Part shown: positions 37,301-45,768 of the stretch, one piece after another
How positions within the stretch are numbered: the first letter of the stretch is position 1
Layout: each line of letters begins with the position of its first letter
Source of the DNA: a virus
Strand: one strand, 5' to 3'
DNA length: 64,000 bases
IMG/VR virus record: IMGVR_UViG_3300037963_003542
The notes under the pieces: generated by a model
The model's input: the letters and a program-made list of their open reading frames with translations, nothing else
Database searches by the model: none
Told to the model about the DNA's origin: nothing
Position numbers and translations under genes: made by a program

Positions 37301-38936
37301 TAATTCTACAGCATCTATTGAACTTAGGAATGAAGATTTAGATTATGCATCTCTTCCCGAAAATCCAATCACAGTTGATAATACTGATGGATCTTCTGAT
37401 TTATTTGGCACTAATCAAAAGGTTCTTCGTATTAAGCATCCTAATCATGGAATGAAGGATGGTGACTTTATTATCCTTAAGGATGTTGCTGGATCGGGAG
37501 CAAACAATTCAATCTATGGTATTCCAGTCACATTAATCAATGGATTCCATACTGTGGCGAATGTTGGTCTTGACGACTACTGCATCCAGCTTAATAGTAC
37601 GTTATGGAATACTGAAAATGTTATCATGACTGGTAGTGGATCTGGCGGCGGCAATTCTGTAAGAGCTACAACTAATAAGTTGTATCAAATTGCAACTCCA
37701 CAGATTGCAATGTTAACGTTCCCTTCGTCATCAGTATCACATACTATTAAAACCGCGTATGGTAGACCAATTGATTTACCAGAAACGGAAGATGCTAAGG
37801 AATATGAAATTTCTCCTACATTTAATGTAAGTCCAAATGACAACTATTATTTTGAAGAGTCTAGAATTATTGGATCACATGTTAATGAAGTTTATCGTAA
37901 TCAACCATCACTTCTGAATAATAATAAGTCTGTCACTTATACTATTTCAATGAGCACAGATCAGGATAACCTTTCTCCTGTTCTTGACCTTGATCGCTGT
38001 AATTTAATTACGGCTTCTAGTAGAATGGATAATCCTATTGGAACTGAAGATAGATTTGGTGCTACTTCTCAGACTCTCACAGTTCCACTATCTTCTGATT
38101 ATTCTGTATCTACAGTTTCTCCAGATGTTGTACAGTCTGCGAAATTTACTGTAAGTAACGTAACTGGCGGAACATTTACAAATACTATCGACAGTGCAAC
38201 TAGATTAACCCAAGCTGGTACTGGTGCATCTGGTCAAATTGTAAGAGTCGTAGGTGATGTTTTAGATCTTATCGATATCTCAGGAACATTTGTTGATGGC
38301 AGTCAAGTTACTCAAGATACTACCACTGCAACGTTAGTAGACACTACGATAAAAACTGGTATTGTTGTTGGATGGGATGCTGGAACTGGAAATCTGAAGG
38401 TTAAATTGATTACTGCTAATAAATTCTCTAGTGGGGATTTGATTGATGATACTAATGCTGGAACTTCTCCTGTAACTGCAAGAGAAATCGGAACAGTATC
38501 AGAGAGTAAAGGTTTCCTTTATGTTGATGAAACAACATTCAATAGTTCTACTGCATCTAAATATATCACGAAGGAAGTAACTCTAGACAGTCCCGCAACA
38601 GCATTAGATTGTAAGATTACAGCTAATCTGTTTAATAATGAAAATGTGAAGATTCTGTATAAGATTCGTCCAGATGGAAGTTCTGAAAACTTTGTTGATA
38701 TTGGTTGGCAATATTTTAACGGAACTGGACTTTCTGATAACAATTCAAGTATCACGCCCAATAGCACGATATCGTTATCGACTTCAGTTGAGGACATGAA
38801 TTCTTATCTTGAATATGCTTACACTGCAGACAATCTGAAACCATTCTCAGCGTTTGCAATTAAGATAGTCTTTGCTGGAACTAATCCAGCACTTGCTCCC
38901 CGAATTGAAGATCTTCGCGTAATTGCACATTCATGA
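31344..38936 (+). CDS. vrlC: VrlC-like / DUF4815 baseplate-associated structural protein (2530 aa)
   Basis: MPQ.TNLN..PYFDDFD....YYRVLFRPG..IQ.RELT.LQSILQNQ; RTFDESG.Y; RFKNG.LVDNF; P.I.DLR.IA C-terminus. Confidence 0.85.
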   Translation: MPQSTNLNKAPYFDDFDPDNSYYRVLFRPGYSIQSRELTTLQSILQNQVESLAKANFKQGSIVVPGELIVDRQYNFVKVSSFTNNLQITDYIGKKMTGNTSGISATVVNATPASTTESATLFVKYESGGSSNTSLTFTQGETITANSPGSPTAIVGVNGNVKPTTTNAMGFGTAVSVNEGIYYINGTLVKNESETIILEKYNNTPTYKVGFIVSEQLTTSEEDLALLDNAQGYSNYAAPGAHRLKIGVTLVSRPIDSPDQRDFVQLLEIKNGIFNATVELSNTNGLIEDILARRTFDESGDYVVREFLLSLKESLATTDNNGVYTVAQGGAEDKFVAVFDPGKAYVKGYEIETTSTRYVQIDKARDTQVQENNAISPTEGSNFTVKNLLSFPDVEERAENVTGLGLVNTNSNQEVVLYNRHTDVEFGDTTANLDGTAPETDAYFVFTLTNLSVQTNPVTAGGGEANFANGNLTGKLFSYHLNATGDKAVAVGKRITGTGAWDIADTFSVTGLTAELKSAERITTPFVGVGKTKSFKFLSGTSSDGDYAKESLFKYGLFGLEYFVRIKCKNPIAFTEGKFITGQTSGARGIVEQKIPDTRELVLSRVLGEFVEGETLLSEQDGSTTPYNFIETEGTIEEFKFKTFGSNYAGTTGDITAINIGGVNKLTAITETNITVDTGEIVSILITNAAVREALGAFNTTPKVEIVSNSGTGCIVEPVMNYKNIVPYNSSFARSYFGSTTQNAFAGDIASLESTFFVAGGATFSATEGDYFISADNLGSRPDLDLVDGDIISLMDDIGTNRKYIVKFACIDGAAETARIYIYGEVLSDFSTKNIQRKRSKLSGVSSNTLLFPLPNKHVKTQVLDPNNTDINYTVAREFLGNFDASSQTSISIGTNEQFLGYSSNYVMSNPTTGDLFDLEGKVTIGANAQSITIDMSAYTGFANIPYKLIAPVTKSDTSPKTKILRSDAEYNIATGVSDPVIPLQYADGYRLKAVYMSASGAAATSSDVEVTDRYLFDGGQRDTHYDLARLILKPGEIAPTRQLLVVYDYFEHIGGVGTGVAGSGYFTVDSYTGIDYADIPSYESSVYGNISLRDVVDFRPRVSDFTGLSSATVLPGYSDARTVDALKFTGTGSSSAPLPIAGTRFESSYEFYLNRIDSVYISKSGKFVVAKGTPSLNPQVPDEISDGILLYNLNIPAYTYKLSDITTKSFDNRRYTMRDIGKLEKRIEKLEYYTVLSLLEQDTFNTQVRDEFGNDRFKNGILVDNFEGHGVGNTSSLDYRCSIDTQTGVLRPSFASSQTSLEERNITTAQRSASGYIRSGNLITLPFTEQSTVVNKYATKAIKINQNKSSKFSGMMKLTPDVDEWKDTTKSPELIVNENSVFDVIKNDNNSWGSFWNEWQISWTGTPTYTLNNSTNSTGAQFASDPNLVIKGKTRTRSRNGTQNRLSPYGASSADRGQRAVSSPYIPYIRSKLVKFVAEGLEPDTQLFAFFDGIEVSSWVDPDDVTNITTPFTGKAGYAEKGFGEKIVTDDKGRISGYFLIPNGYAPVKSKKSLSFSNDPKTFFDTSTTKRSFIAGTKSFRLTSSSTNSSNSADVTTFAEAVYTVSGLPNTTTNSIQSTRVPYINRRSTSNSDTVQYVGSSLVNVNQTGLLDPLAQNFRVSGFDGGVFLSSIDLFFKNKQTPTDEDTNRPVSIYVTDTNGGLPTRNVIPFSEVSMNADTELRIKINTTVPNGETLLAGETINGSVSGASGTIKSDLTVTNTDTRYTLTLSNHNGVDFIAGEAFTVNRSPSIATTTFNIDEDSGVVDRIRVTSFGSGYDELTTSVNVFGENGGTFGSNATASAKLYDGRVYEIEVTNRGSNYYIAPNVTINGGDGQASAEAVLRITNPAVKMGISTSTDAEVKTRFRFESPIHLQNDSTYSVVVSSSSSDYEIYSSKVGDALIGSSVVASPQSHVGSLFKSQNSTAWTQDSAEAVKIAVNRCVFTTNSTASIELRNEDLDYASLPENPITVDNTDGSSDLFGTNQKVLRIKHPNHGMKDGDFIILKDVAGSGANNSIYGIPVTLINGFHTVANVGLDDYCIQLNSTLWNTENVIMTGSGSGGGNSVRATTNKLYQIATPQIAMLTFPSSSVSHTIKTAYGRPIDLPETEDAKEYEISPTFNVSPNDNYYFEESRIIGSHVNEVYRNQPSLLNNNKSVTYTISMSTDQDNLSPVLDLDRCNLITASSRMDNPIGTEDRFGATSQTLTVPLSSDYSVSTVSPDVVQSAKFTVSNVTGGTFTNTIDSATRLTQAGTGASGQIVRVVGDVLDLIDISGTFVDGSQVTQDTTTATLVDTTIKTGIVVGWDAGTGNLKVKLITANKFSSGDLIDDTNAGTSPVTAREIGTVSESKGFLYVDETTFNSSTASKYITKEVTLDSPATALDCKITANLFNNENVKILYKIRPDGSSENFVDIGWQYFNGTGLSDNNSSITPNSTISLSTSVEDMNSYLEYAYTADNLKPFSAFAIKIVFAGTNPALAPRIEDLRVIAHS

Positions 38937-39136
38937 GTAAAATAAAAGTTGAAGGTCACAGCAACCTCTATCGGGATCCTGATAGCGGTGCTGTGATTAA
39001 CTCTAGTCAGACAGACTATGAGCGTTATATGAAAGCGAAAGCAAATAGAGAAGGGATGGTTTCGGAGATAAATACTTTGAAGCAAGAACTTGATGAAATC
39101 AAGCAGTTATTAAAGAAACTTACCAATGGCAATTAG
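38933..39136 (+). CDS. conserved small coiled-coil protein after VrlC
   Basis: KVEGH.NL.RD..SGA.IN.....Y..Y...; coupled at both ends. Confidence 0.8.
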   Translation: MSKIKVEGHSNLYRDPDSGAVINSSQTDYERYMKAKANREGMVSEINTLKQELDEIKQLLKKLTNGN

Positions 39137-41120
39137 AGAAGTCCTTACAAGCTTTACGTTTGAACAACAGCGCCAGATGATTAACCTCATCGGTGCCGAT
39201 GTTGGTGATGCATCTACATTATTGACGCCGACAAATGTACTTGTCAGTGGCATCAATGAAATTGTCAATGGTGATGTTGATTTGATCAATCAAACTCATG
39301 GTATGGATGCTGGAACATCAGCATCTCCAAGTTTATATTGGGATGCTGGTCAAGGTTTTTACAAGGTAGATGCAACCAAAATTGCTCTTACCACCAGTCT
39401 TTCTGTTACTGGTAATTTAGAAGTAGACGGAGATATTACATTTAGAGCAGGATCTGGATCGGGTGGTACACTGACATTCGGTGATCTTGATACTGACAAT
39501 ATTATTTTCAATGCAGATGTTCAGTCAAGTGTTGTTCCAGATAGCACTGCAAATTATAACTTAGGTTCTGCCACAAAGCAGTGGAATAATCTCTGGATTG
39601 ATGGTACTGCTAGTATCGATACATTGGAAGTTGATGATAACTCAACATTTGTAGGATATCTTCAGGTAGACTCTGGTGATATTAGAGTTCCTTCGACGAC
39701 TACTACTGTAGATCTGTTTGATGACTATGCTACCACAGTAGAAGCATTTGGTGATGCTACTTCTATTCGTATTGGTGAGACTTCAGGAACTCTGACTCTC
39801 AGAAATCCTACCATTGTTGGATCAGAAGCAACACAAAATCTTTTTAACACAGTAGCAACTACAGTCAATGCTTTCGGTGCTGCAACTACCATTAACATTG
39901 GTGTTTCTGGTGGTGGTGGAAATAGTAACCTGAATCTTCTTAGTGATGACGTTGTTTGTTCTGGTGACCTTAACATTAACGGCGGTGAACTTCTTTCTTC
40001 GTCAGCCACTTTTGATCTTCTGATTGCCCAAACTGATATTCGTATTGGTAATTCAGGTAGTGCTGGAACAATAACGGCAAACACCGAGCTTCAGTTGAAG
40101 GAAGATTTAAAATTTACAAATACATCTAACAATTACATTTATATTCCAGACGGACAAGTAAATGCTTTAGCCGTTAGAAAAACTGGTAGCACAAACAATG
40201 ACTGGATGCAATTTAGAACCGATAGTGGTAATGAAAGAGTTGTTGTCTGGAAAGACCTCTACGTTGTAGGTAACATTGATATTTCTGGAACTACGACTAC
40301 TATTGATAGTACAACTTTACTCGTAGAAGATAAGAACATTGAACTTGGCAATGTTACTGTTCCCTCAGATTCTACAGCTGACGGTGGTGGAATTACACTG
40401 AAAGCTACGACAGACAAGACGATTACTTATAATAATACCAGTGGACGTTGGGAAACTAATATTGGACTTCAGGTAAATGATGAGTTATATTCATCCAGCA
40501 ATATTATCGTCAAGAGTACTACTGCTACAGATGGATTTCTTGTCCGAGATGCTGCTGATACTACATGGAATGTTGTTATTCCAGGAACTGGAGCTGCCAC
40601 CTTTGGACAAGCTTCAAACTCCACAGGAAATAATGGTGTAGCAGTTGGTGGTAATAATGGTACTTTAAATGTCTATACTGATAGATACTCGACAGACTGT
40701 TTCCAAATTCTTAATACATCTGGTAGTGGTACAAACATTGCACTAAAAGCTTACGGCAATGGTGATCTTGAAATGGCTGGTGTTATCAGTGACTCAATGG
40801 GTCCACTGAGAAGAGTTGGCATTGATAATGTTAGCGGCGGCAGCGGAATTATAGGTACGTCAGCTGCAGGTAAACTTCTAAGAGTAAGTTCATCAAATAT
40901 TACTCTTACAATCCCATCAGGCACATATACCGCTGGCGATATGATTACTTTCTTCAACGTGTCCTCTACTGATCTGACAATTGCACAAGGCAGTAGTACA
41001 ACAATTTATAACTCTGCTGATGGCACTACTGGAAACAGAACACTAGCTGCAAAAGGTTTGGCTACCCTTGTTTGCACTGCTAGCAATGAGTTTGTAATCT
41101 CTGGTACTCAGTTAAGCTAA
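39126..41120 (+). CDS. tail-fibre-like structural protein (664 aa)
   Basis: N-terminal MA.R.V....TFEQQRQ.IN; T/G-rich beta repeats; V.DKNIELG; C-terminal NRTLA..GLAT..C....FVISG. Confidence 0.7.
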   Translation: MAIREVLTSFTFEQQRQMINLIGADVGDASTLLTPTNVLVSGINEIVNGDVDLINQTHGMDAGTSASPSLYWDAGQGFYKVDATKIALTTSLSVTGNLEVDGDITFRAGSGSGGTLTFGDLDTDNIIFNADVQSSVVPDSTANYNLGSATKQWNNLWIDGTASIDTLEVDDNSTFVGYLQVDSGDIRVPSTTTTVDLFDDYATTVEAFGDATSIRIGETSGTLTLRNPTIVGSEATQNLFNTVATTVNAFGAATTINIGVSGGGGNSNLNLLSDDVVCSGDLNINGGELLSSSATFDLLIAQTDIRIGNSGSAGTITANTELQLKEDLKFTNTSNNYIYIPDGQVNALAVRKTGSTNNDWMQFRTDSGNERVVVWKDLYVVGNIDISGTTTTIDSTTLLVEDKNIELGNVTVPSDSTADGGGITLKATTDKTITYNNTSGRWETNIGLQVNDELYSSSNIIVKSTTATDGFLVRDAADTTWNVVIPGTGAATFGQASNSTGNNGVAVGGNNGTLNVYTDRYSTDCFQILNTSGSGTNIALKAYGNGDLEMAGVISDSMGPLRRVGIDNVSGGSGIIGTSAAGKLLRVSSSNITLTIPSGTYTAGDMITFFNVSSTDLTIAQGSSTTIYNSADGTTGNRTLAAKGLATLVCTASNEFVISGTQLS

Positions 41121-41134
41121 GGAGGTACTCGGAT

Positions 41135-43114
41135 ATGATGCAACAAATGTTTCTCGGTTATGGCAGATCCTCTGGAGGAGGAGGCGGTGGCGGTACTATT
41201 GCCCCTCTTATGTTTGGTGTTGATAATTCATCAAATTCTTTTGATACATCAACAACAACTGTTGGTAAATTTGTAAAAGATTATACTTGGTCCACATGGG
41301 GAGATGGTGTAACTGGAAGTAGATTAGGATCAGATAATGGTGGCGTTGGAGTTAATAGTGCTCAAGTTGTTAGAGCTAAAGTTTTTAGTGATTATGCAAG
41401 TGCAACTAGTGGATATAATCATGCTCCATATAAAGCATTTGACGGTGGAGTTACGACATTTTGTGAACCATCTGATAATTCCAGAGTAACATTTGACTTT
41501 ACAAGTATGCCTGGTGGTGGAATTGCTGTAAGTAGTTCCTTGAAAATGTATCTGAATAAAGCGGGTACTCCTGCTGCTGAGGACTTTACTGTCAATGGAA
41601 CATTTCTTGGTGGTAGTGTTCCCAATAATGGTTGGTTAACAATTAGTGGTGTTTCATTACTTGAAACAATTAGTTTCTATCATGCTAGTGGTAGTTCTTC
41701 AGTGGAATTAAAAGCTGTAGAAGTTGATAGTGTAATGTTAGAAGATATTCCAGACTACGTTGAATATTCAATTTCTACTGATTCTAGTTCCAGATACTTA
41801 TGGTCTTCTAATGACGGTGAGCATTGGAGTCATTCTGGATTTAACAATGATACTGCCAGCGCCACAATTAAAGTAAAAACAAGATATCTTGGATGGGCTT
41901 CTGGTTCTAATAGTTCAACAACTACAGTTTCTGGAGCATATCCTGATAGCGTACATTGGTTCCAACCTTATGGACAGACTGCAAATAAACTGAGACATTT
42001 CCGTTTTTATGGATCTAATGCCCCTCCAGGATCTGTTGACGGAGCACCTATCCAACTTCACCAAGCACCCAACAGACCAAATTACTACTCTAACGTAGTA
42101 AACAATGGTGGTTATGACATGCCACAAAATGCTCAGGTGTATAGTGGTATGCTCTCATCTGGTGGTTTGAAAACTCCATTGAATGGATTTCATGGTGGTC
42201 TGAGTACAAGTGGTGGTAGATCTGAAGGTACTGGTGGTCTCACATTTACACCATCAACACCAATTACTTTCACTGACAAAGTAAGAGTATATGATAGCAA
42301 TGACGTTACTAAATCTCAAGTAAATAGTGGGTCATTTGTCCAACATGCTGCAAATAGTTGGGTAGATGTAGCAACTGGTGGTGGTACTATCAATAGTATG
42401 TACTTTGTAAGAACTGACAATAGTGGGTGGGATGCTGGTTTTATGGCTATTGAAGTTGATGGTAAGATTTTATCAGATGCTTCTGGATTTAATGGTGGCA
42501 ATCTTGCTGCTAATATCAGTAATTCTGACTGGGATCATTATAAAGGTGGTTGCACAAGACTCTTTGACGGTGGATTTAGACTTGATTTAATTAATCCAGA
42601 ATCTTCAGATTTCTTTGTTGGATTCTGGATTAAATGGAATGACTGGTCAAATTCCAGACAGTTTGGTCTTGATTTATTTGGCGGTTATGTTTATTTTGAA
42701 ACGATTAATAATAATGGAACCATTGGCATTAGACATAATGGAGGAAGTAGAGCAGATAGTAGTGCTACTGATTTAGAGGATGGCAACTGGCATCATGTTG
42801 CATTAAGTAGATCTGGGTCTACACTTTATGGATTCGTTGATGGCACTTCAGTAGTTAGCACAACTTCTGGTGTCTCTGGTAATAGTCTCGGGGCTAATGA
42901 AAAAATTGTCATTTATGGCGTTAGTGGAACATCATATAATGTGAATGATGCTCAAATTATGGATCTTTATGTTAGCCGTACAGGAACAGGAAGTAATTTC
43001 AGTCTTCCCGATCCACTGATTGCCACTGATGGATCTATCAATCATCCTGCTAGTCTTGATGTAGATTCTGCAATTTATGCAAGTCCTTTGGCAGATCTTG
43101 AAAATAAAGCTTGA
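41135..43114 (+). CDS. LamG/concanavalin-domain protein, candidate fibre-tip adhesin (659 aa)
   Basis: N-terminal QQMFLG; two FDG...(A)VEVDG..L.D modules; C-terminal FWIKW...GNWHHVALSRSGSTLYGFVDG (LamG). Confidence 0.7.
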   Translation: MMQQMFLGYGRSSGGGGGGGTIAPLMFGVDNSSNSFDTSTTTVGKFVKDYTWSTWGDGVTGSRLGSDNGGVGVNSAQVVRAKVFSDYASATSGYNHAPYKAFDGGVTTFCEPSDNSRVTFDFTSMPGGGIAVSSSLKMYLNKAGTPAAEDFTVNGTFLGGSVPNNGWLTISGVSLLETISFYHASGSSSVELKAVEVDSVMLEDIPDYVEYSISTDSSSRYLWSSNDGEHWSHSGFNNDTASATIKVKTRYLGWASGSNSSTTTVSGAYPDSVHWFQPYGQTANKLRHFRFYGSNAPPGSVDGAPIQLHQAPNRPNYYSNVVNNGGYDMPQNAQVYSGMLSSGGLKTPLNGFHGGLSTSGGRSEGTGGLTFTPSTPITFTDKVRVYDSNDVTKSQVNSGSFVQHAANSWVDVATGGGTINSMYFVRTDNSGWDAGFMAIEVDGKILSDASGFNGGNLAANISNSDWDHYKGGCTRLFDGGFRLDLINPESSDFFVGFWIKWNDWSNSRQFGLDLFGGYVYFETINNNGTIGIRHNGGSRADSSATDLEDGNWHHVALSRSGSTLYGFVDGTSVVSTTSGVSGNSLGANEKIVIYGVSGTSYNVNDAQIMDLYVSRTGTGSNFSLPDPLIATDGSINHPASLDVDSAIYASPLADLENKA

Positions 43115-43143
43115 TTGACACACTAAATAAATCGTAGTATAAT
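43115..43143 (+). promoter_or_regulatory. consensus sigma70 promoter inside the structural region
   Basis: TTGACA (43115-43120), 17 nt, TATAAT (43138-43143). Confidence 0.8.
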
Positions 43144-43164
43144 TATCCTGAACTGAGGAATAAT

Positions 43165-43377
43165 ATGGAACCCGCAACTCTTCGTGAAAACTTTACGACC
43201 CAATTTGAAAACGCTATTTCTGAAATCAAGAATCTTGAATCTCAACTGACAGCAAAACGAGAACTTGCATTAAAATTGAAAGGTGCTCTTGAAGCAATCG
43301 ACATTATGGATCCTCCCGCTGCAGCCGAAGAAACTGCCGAGGCAGTTGCCGAAGCAGAACCAGTAGCAGCAGAATAA
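43165..43377 (+). CDS. small coiled-coil hypothetical protein (70 aa)
   Basis: GAGG SD; own promoter and terminator. Confidence 0.8.
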   Translation: MEPATLRENFTTQFENAISEIKNLESQLTAKRELALKLKGALEAIDIMDPPAAAEETAEAVAEAEPVAAE

Positions 43378-43380
43378 TTC

Positions 43381-43420
43381 AAAGACCTTCCTTATAAATA
43401 ACAAGGAAGGTCTTTTTTAG
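43381..43420 (+). terminator. 13-bp hairpin terminator with a late promoter in its loop
   Basis: AAAGACCTTCCTT / AAGGAAGGTCTTT followed by a T tract; TATAAATA at 43393-43400. Confidence 0.75.
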
Positions 43421-43423
43421 TAC

Positions 43424-43762
43424 ATGTCCGCAATTACAATTAATTTAGTGATAGAGCAGGGTACTGATTTCTCAGCGACCTTTACTATCAAGAACTCAGA
43501 TGGTGCTTCTGTAAATCTTCTAGGTTTTACTGCAGAAGCAAAACTGAAGTCTAGCTATTATACAACTAGTGCTGCAACACCATTTGCAGTTACTTTTGCT
43601 GATAGAAGTAAAGGAGTCATTAAGATTAGTTTGACTGACACAGTTACTACTACCCTGAAACCAAGAAGGTATGTTTATGATTTGGTCTTGACTTCTGCGA
43701 GTGGAGTAAAGACTAGATTCATTGAAGGAATTGCAACGGTAACCCCAGGAGTGACAGTATAG
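43424..43762 (+). CDS. virion structural protein (BppU-N-like Ig fold)
   Basis: NL.IEQG.DF..TF......NL.G.....K......G.I..SL....T..L...RYVYD.......R..EG...V.P. Confidence 0.7.
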   Translation: MSAITINLVIEQGTDFSATFTIKNSDGASVNLLGFTAEAKLKSSYYTTSAATPFAVTFADRSKGVIKISLTDTVTTTLKPRRYVYDLVLTSASGVKTRFIEGIATVTPGVTV

Positions 43763-44466
43763 TGGCCAATTACGAAGTAAGCACTACTAACTTTGACGTT
43801 ACTCAGAACGTTGCCAATGATTATAGTATTGGTCTAAATTATGAAGCGCCATCAAAAGGTATTCAATATCAGAATTTAATTCTGGATGATTTATCTTCTC
43901 AATTTGATGGAGCACAAACCGTATTCCAATTAACAGTTGATGGAGAATCATATACTCCACTAAATGATCAGCAATTGATTGTTTCAGTTGACAATACAAT
44001 TCTTCAACCTGGCGTGGGGTATACGGTATCAAATAATGAGATCACATTTGCTACTGCTCCCGCGAGCACAGCAACACCATTTTTCGGAATTGCACTTGCT
44101 AATACAGCAGATCTGACAAGAACGATTAATTTCGTTGTAGATAATGGTTCAAGACCCATGACTACTGGTAACAAGGGTTATCTGACTATCGATGTTTCGG
44201 GTCAGATTATGTCATGGACTTTGCTTGCAGATGCTGATGGTACATTAGAAGTTGATATTAGAAAATGTACTTTTGATGACTATCCTAATGTAACATCTAT
44301 TTGTGGCGGTAATTTACCAGAACTTAATGCTACAAATAAAAATAGTGACACCAATTTAACGGGATGGAATAAATCCCTAAATGCTGGAGAGATCCTCCAA
44401 TTTGAAGTCATAAATACTACAGTATCACTCAGTAATTTTGCTATCTCTTTGAAAGTAAAATTATAA
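43762..44466 (+). CDS. virion structural protein (234 aa)
   Basis: LDD.SSQFDG...F.L module shared with gp7; in the late operon. Confidence 0.7.
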   Translation: MANYEVSTTNFDVTQNVANDYSIGLNYEAPSKGIQYQNLILDDLSSQFDGAQTVFQLTVDGESYTPLNDQQLIVSVDNTILQPGVGYTVSNNEITFATAPASTATPFFGIALANTADLTRTINFVVDNGSRPMTTGNKGYLTIDVSGQIMSWTLLADADGTLEVDIRKCTFDDYPNVTSICGGNLPELNATNKNSDTNLTGWNKSLNAGEILQFEVINTTVSLSNFAISLKVKL

Positions 44467-44469
44467 ATA
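44462..44469 (+). promoter_or_regulatory. late promoter TATAAATA
   Basis: Exact T4 late consensus 39 nt upstream of 44509; GGAGG SD. Confidence 0.75.
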
Positions 44470-44508
44470 TAAACAGATAAAACAAAACTCCTTGGAGGAA
44501 CACTTTAA

Positions 44509-45690
44509 ATGGCACTTTTAGTACCTAATATTGGTGAGGTCGAGTCACTTCGATATCTTCTTAACTCGACTCATCAAATCCCTAGAAATTTAATTCTGAA
44601 GCTTTTTACTTCAAACACAACTCCTGCTGAAGGTGATGTTCCTTCAGCAACTGCATACTATGAACCATATCGTGATGGTAACACCAACCAGTATGGTCAG
44701 TCTGTAAATACTGGTTATCCTGTTGCTATCAACAACAGAACTGAAGCAAACCAGAACTACACTTCTGCATATGGCATTCTTCTGAATGGTAACCGTTGGG
44801 CTATCACCACTGCTGGTGATCCTGTTGCTTCTGCTACAGGTACAGGTGCTCAAGGTGAGTACACCATGACTGTTGCAAACACAACTGGAACAATTAGCGT
44901 AGGAAACCTCGTCTCTGGTACTGGCGTTGGTTCGGGTGCCAAAGTTTCTAGAGTTTCTGGCAACCTCGTTGTTCTCACCGTTGAGAACTCTGGTGCTGTT
45001 TCTGGAACAGTTAACTTCACTGGTGGAGTAACTACTGCTACATATCCTGAGCAAGAGTTCACTTTTGCTGGTGCTGCTGGTAACGTTTATGGTTACTACC
45101 TGGCTCGTGCCAACAACATGCCTCTTTCCATTCATGGTGTTGTTGACGCTGCTGCTGCTTCTGCTGGAACTGCCCTTACTAAAGGTGATGCTTCCAACCA
45201 GTGTACTGGTGTTGTCGGACAATCCAAGATTCTGCTTCCTAACGTTGCTGGTGTCATGGATGACATCACAGTCGGCATGGTAGTTGGTTCTAACAACGGT
45301 GTTCCTGCAGGAACAGAGATCATCGGTATCGACTATGCTACTAGAGAGATCTATCTCAGTGCTGCTCTGACTGATAACATTCAGGTTGCTACCGACCCTG
45401 CAATTCAACTGTCCTTCAGTAAAGTTACTGCTACTGGACACCAACTGCAAGTCGGTGATGTAATCTACATCGCTCAAGGTACAACCAACTCTGGTACAAC
45501 CGCTGGTACTTACACCGTATTTGAAGTACCCGATGCTAACACTTTCCACACTACACCTGCTCTCGATGGTACTGGTGACCTGAGTCTCTACAGCAGCATC
45601 ATGTTCGCTGAAAGATTCACAAATGGTCCATACCCCATTCAGAACAACGGTGACCAAATCAAGATCACTCTGAACGTCAGCCTCGACTGA
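44509..45690 (+). CDS. conserved cyanophage virion structural protein (393 aa)
   Basis: MALLVPNIGE.ESLRYL.N...NL.LKLF.SNTTP.E.D; strong high-expression codon bias; own late promoter and terminator. Confidence 0.8.
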   Translation: MALLVPNIGEVESLRYLLNSTHQIPRNLILKLFTSNTTPAEGDVPSATAYYEPYRDGNTNQYGQSVNTGYPVAINNRTEANQNYTSAYGILLNGNRWAITTAGDPVASATGTGAQGEYTMTVANTTGTISVGNLVSGTGVGSGAKVSRVSGNLVVLTVENSGAVSGTVNFTGGVTTATYPEQEFTFAGAAGNVYGYYLARANNMPLSIHGVVDAAAASAGTALTKGDASNQCTGVVGQSKILLPNVAGVMDDITVGMVVGSNNGVPAGTEIIGIDYATREIYLSAALTDNIQVATDPAIQLSFSKVTATGHQLQVGDVIYIAQGTTNSGTTAGTYTVFEVPDANTFHTTPALDGTGDLSLYSSIMFAERFTNGPYPIQNNGDQIKITLNVSLD

Positions 45691-45726
45691 TATATACTAT
45701 ACATCTTGTTCGTTATGCTTTTTTGT

Positions 45727-45751
45727 GGGGGGATTTTGCATCCCCCCTTTT
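45727..45751 (+). terminator. rho-independent terminator
   Basis: GGGGGGAT-tttgc-ATCCCCCC-TTTT. Confidence 0.75.
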
Positions 45752-45768
45752 AATGACAGGGAGTATTA

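Noticed and set aside
16226-38936. Introns, inteins or stop-codon recoding in baseplate genes
   Set aside because: gp25, gp6, gp7, gp8 and VrlC are continuous in the standard code with intact termini; no Hint (C...HN) or homing-endonuclease motifs were recognised by eye.
44644-45657. 337-aa antisense ORF
   Set aside because: Exact shadow of the highly biased 44509-45690 gene (GGT/GCT/ACT codons avoid reverse-strand stops); no SD or promoter; protein composition mirrors the sense codons.
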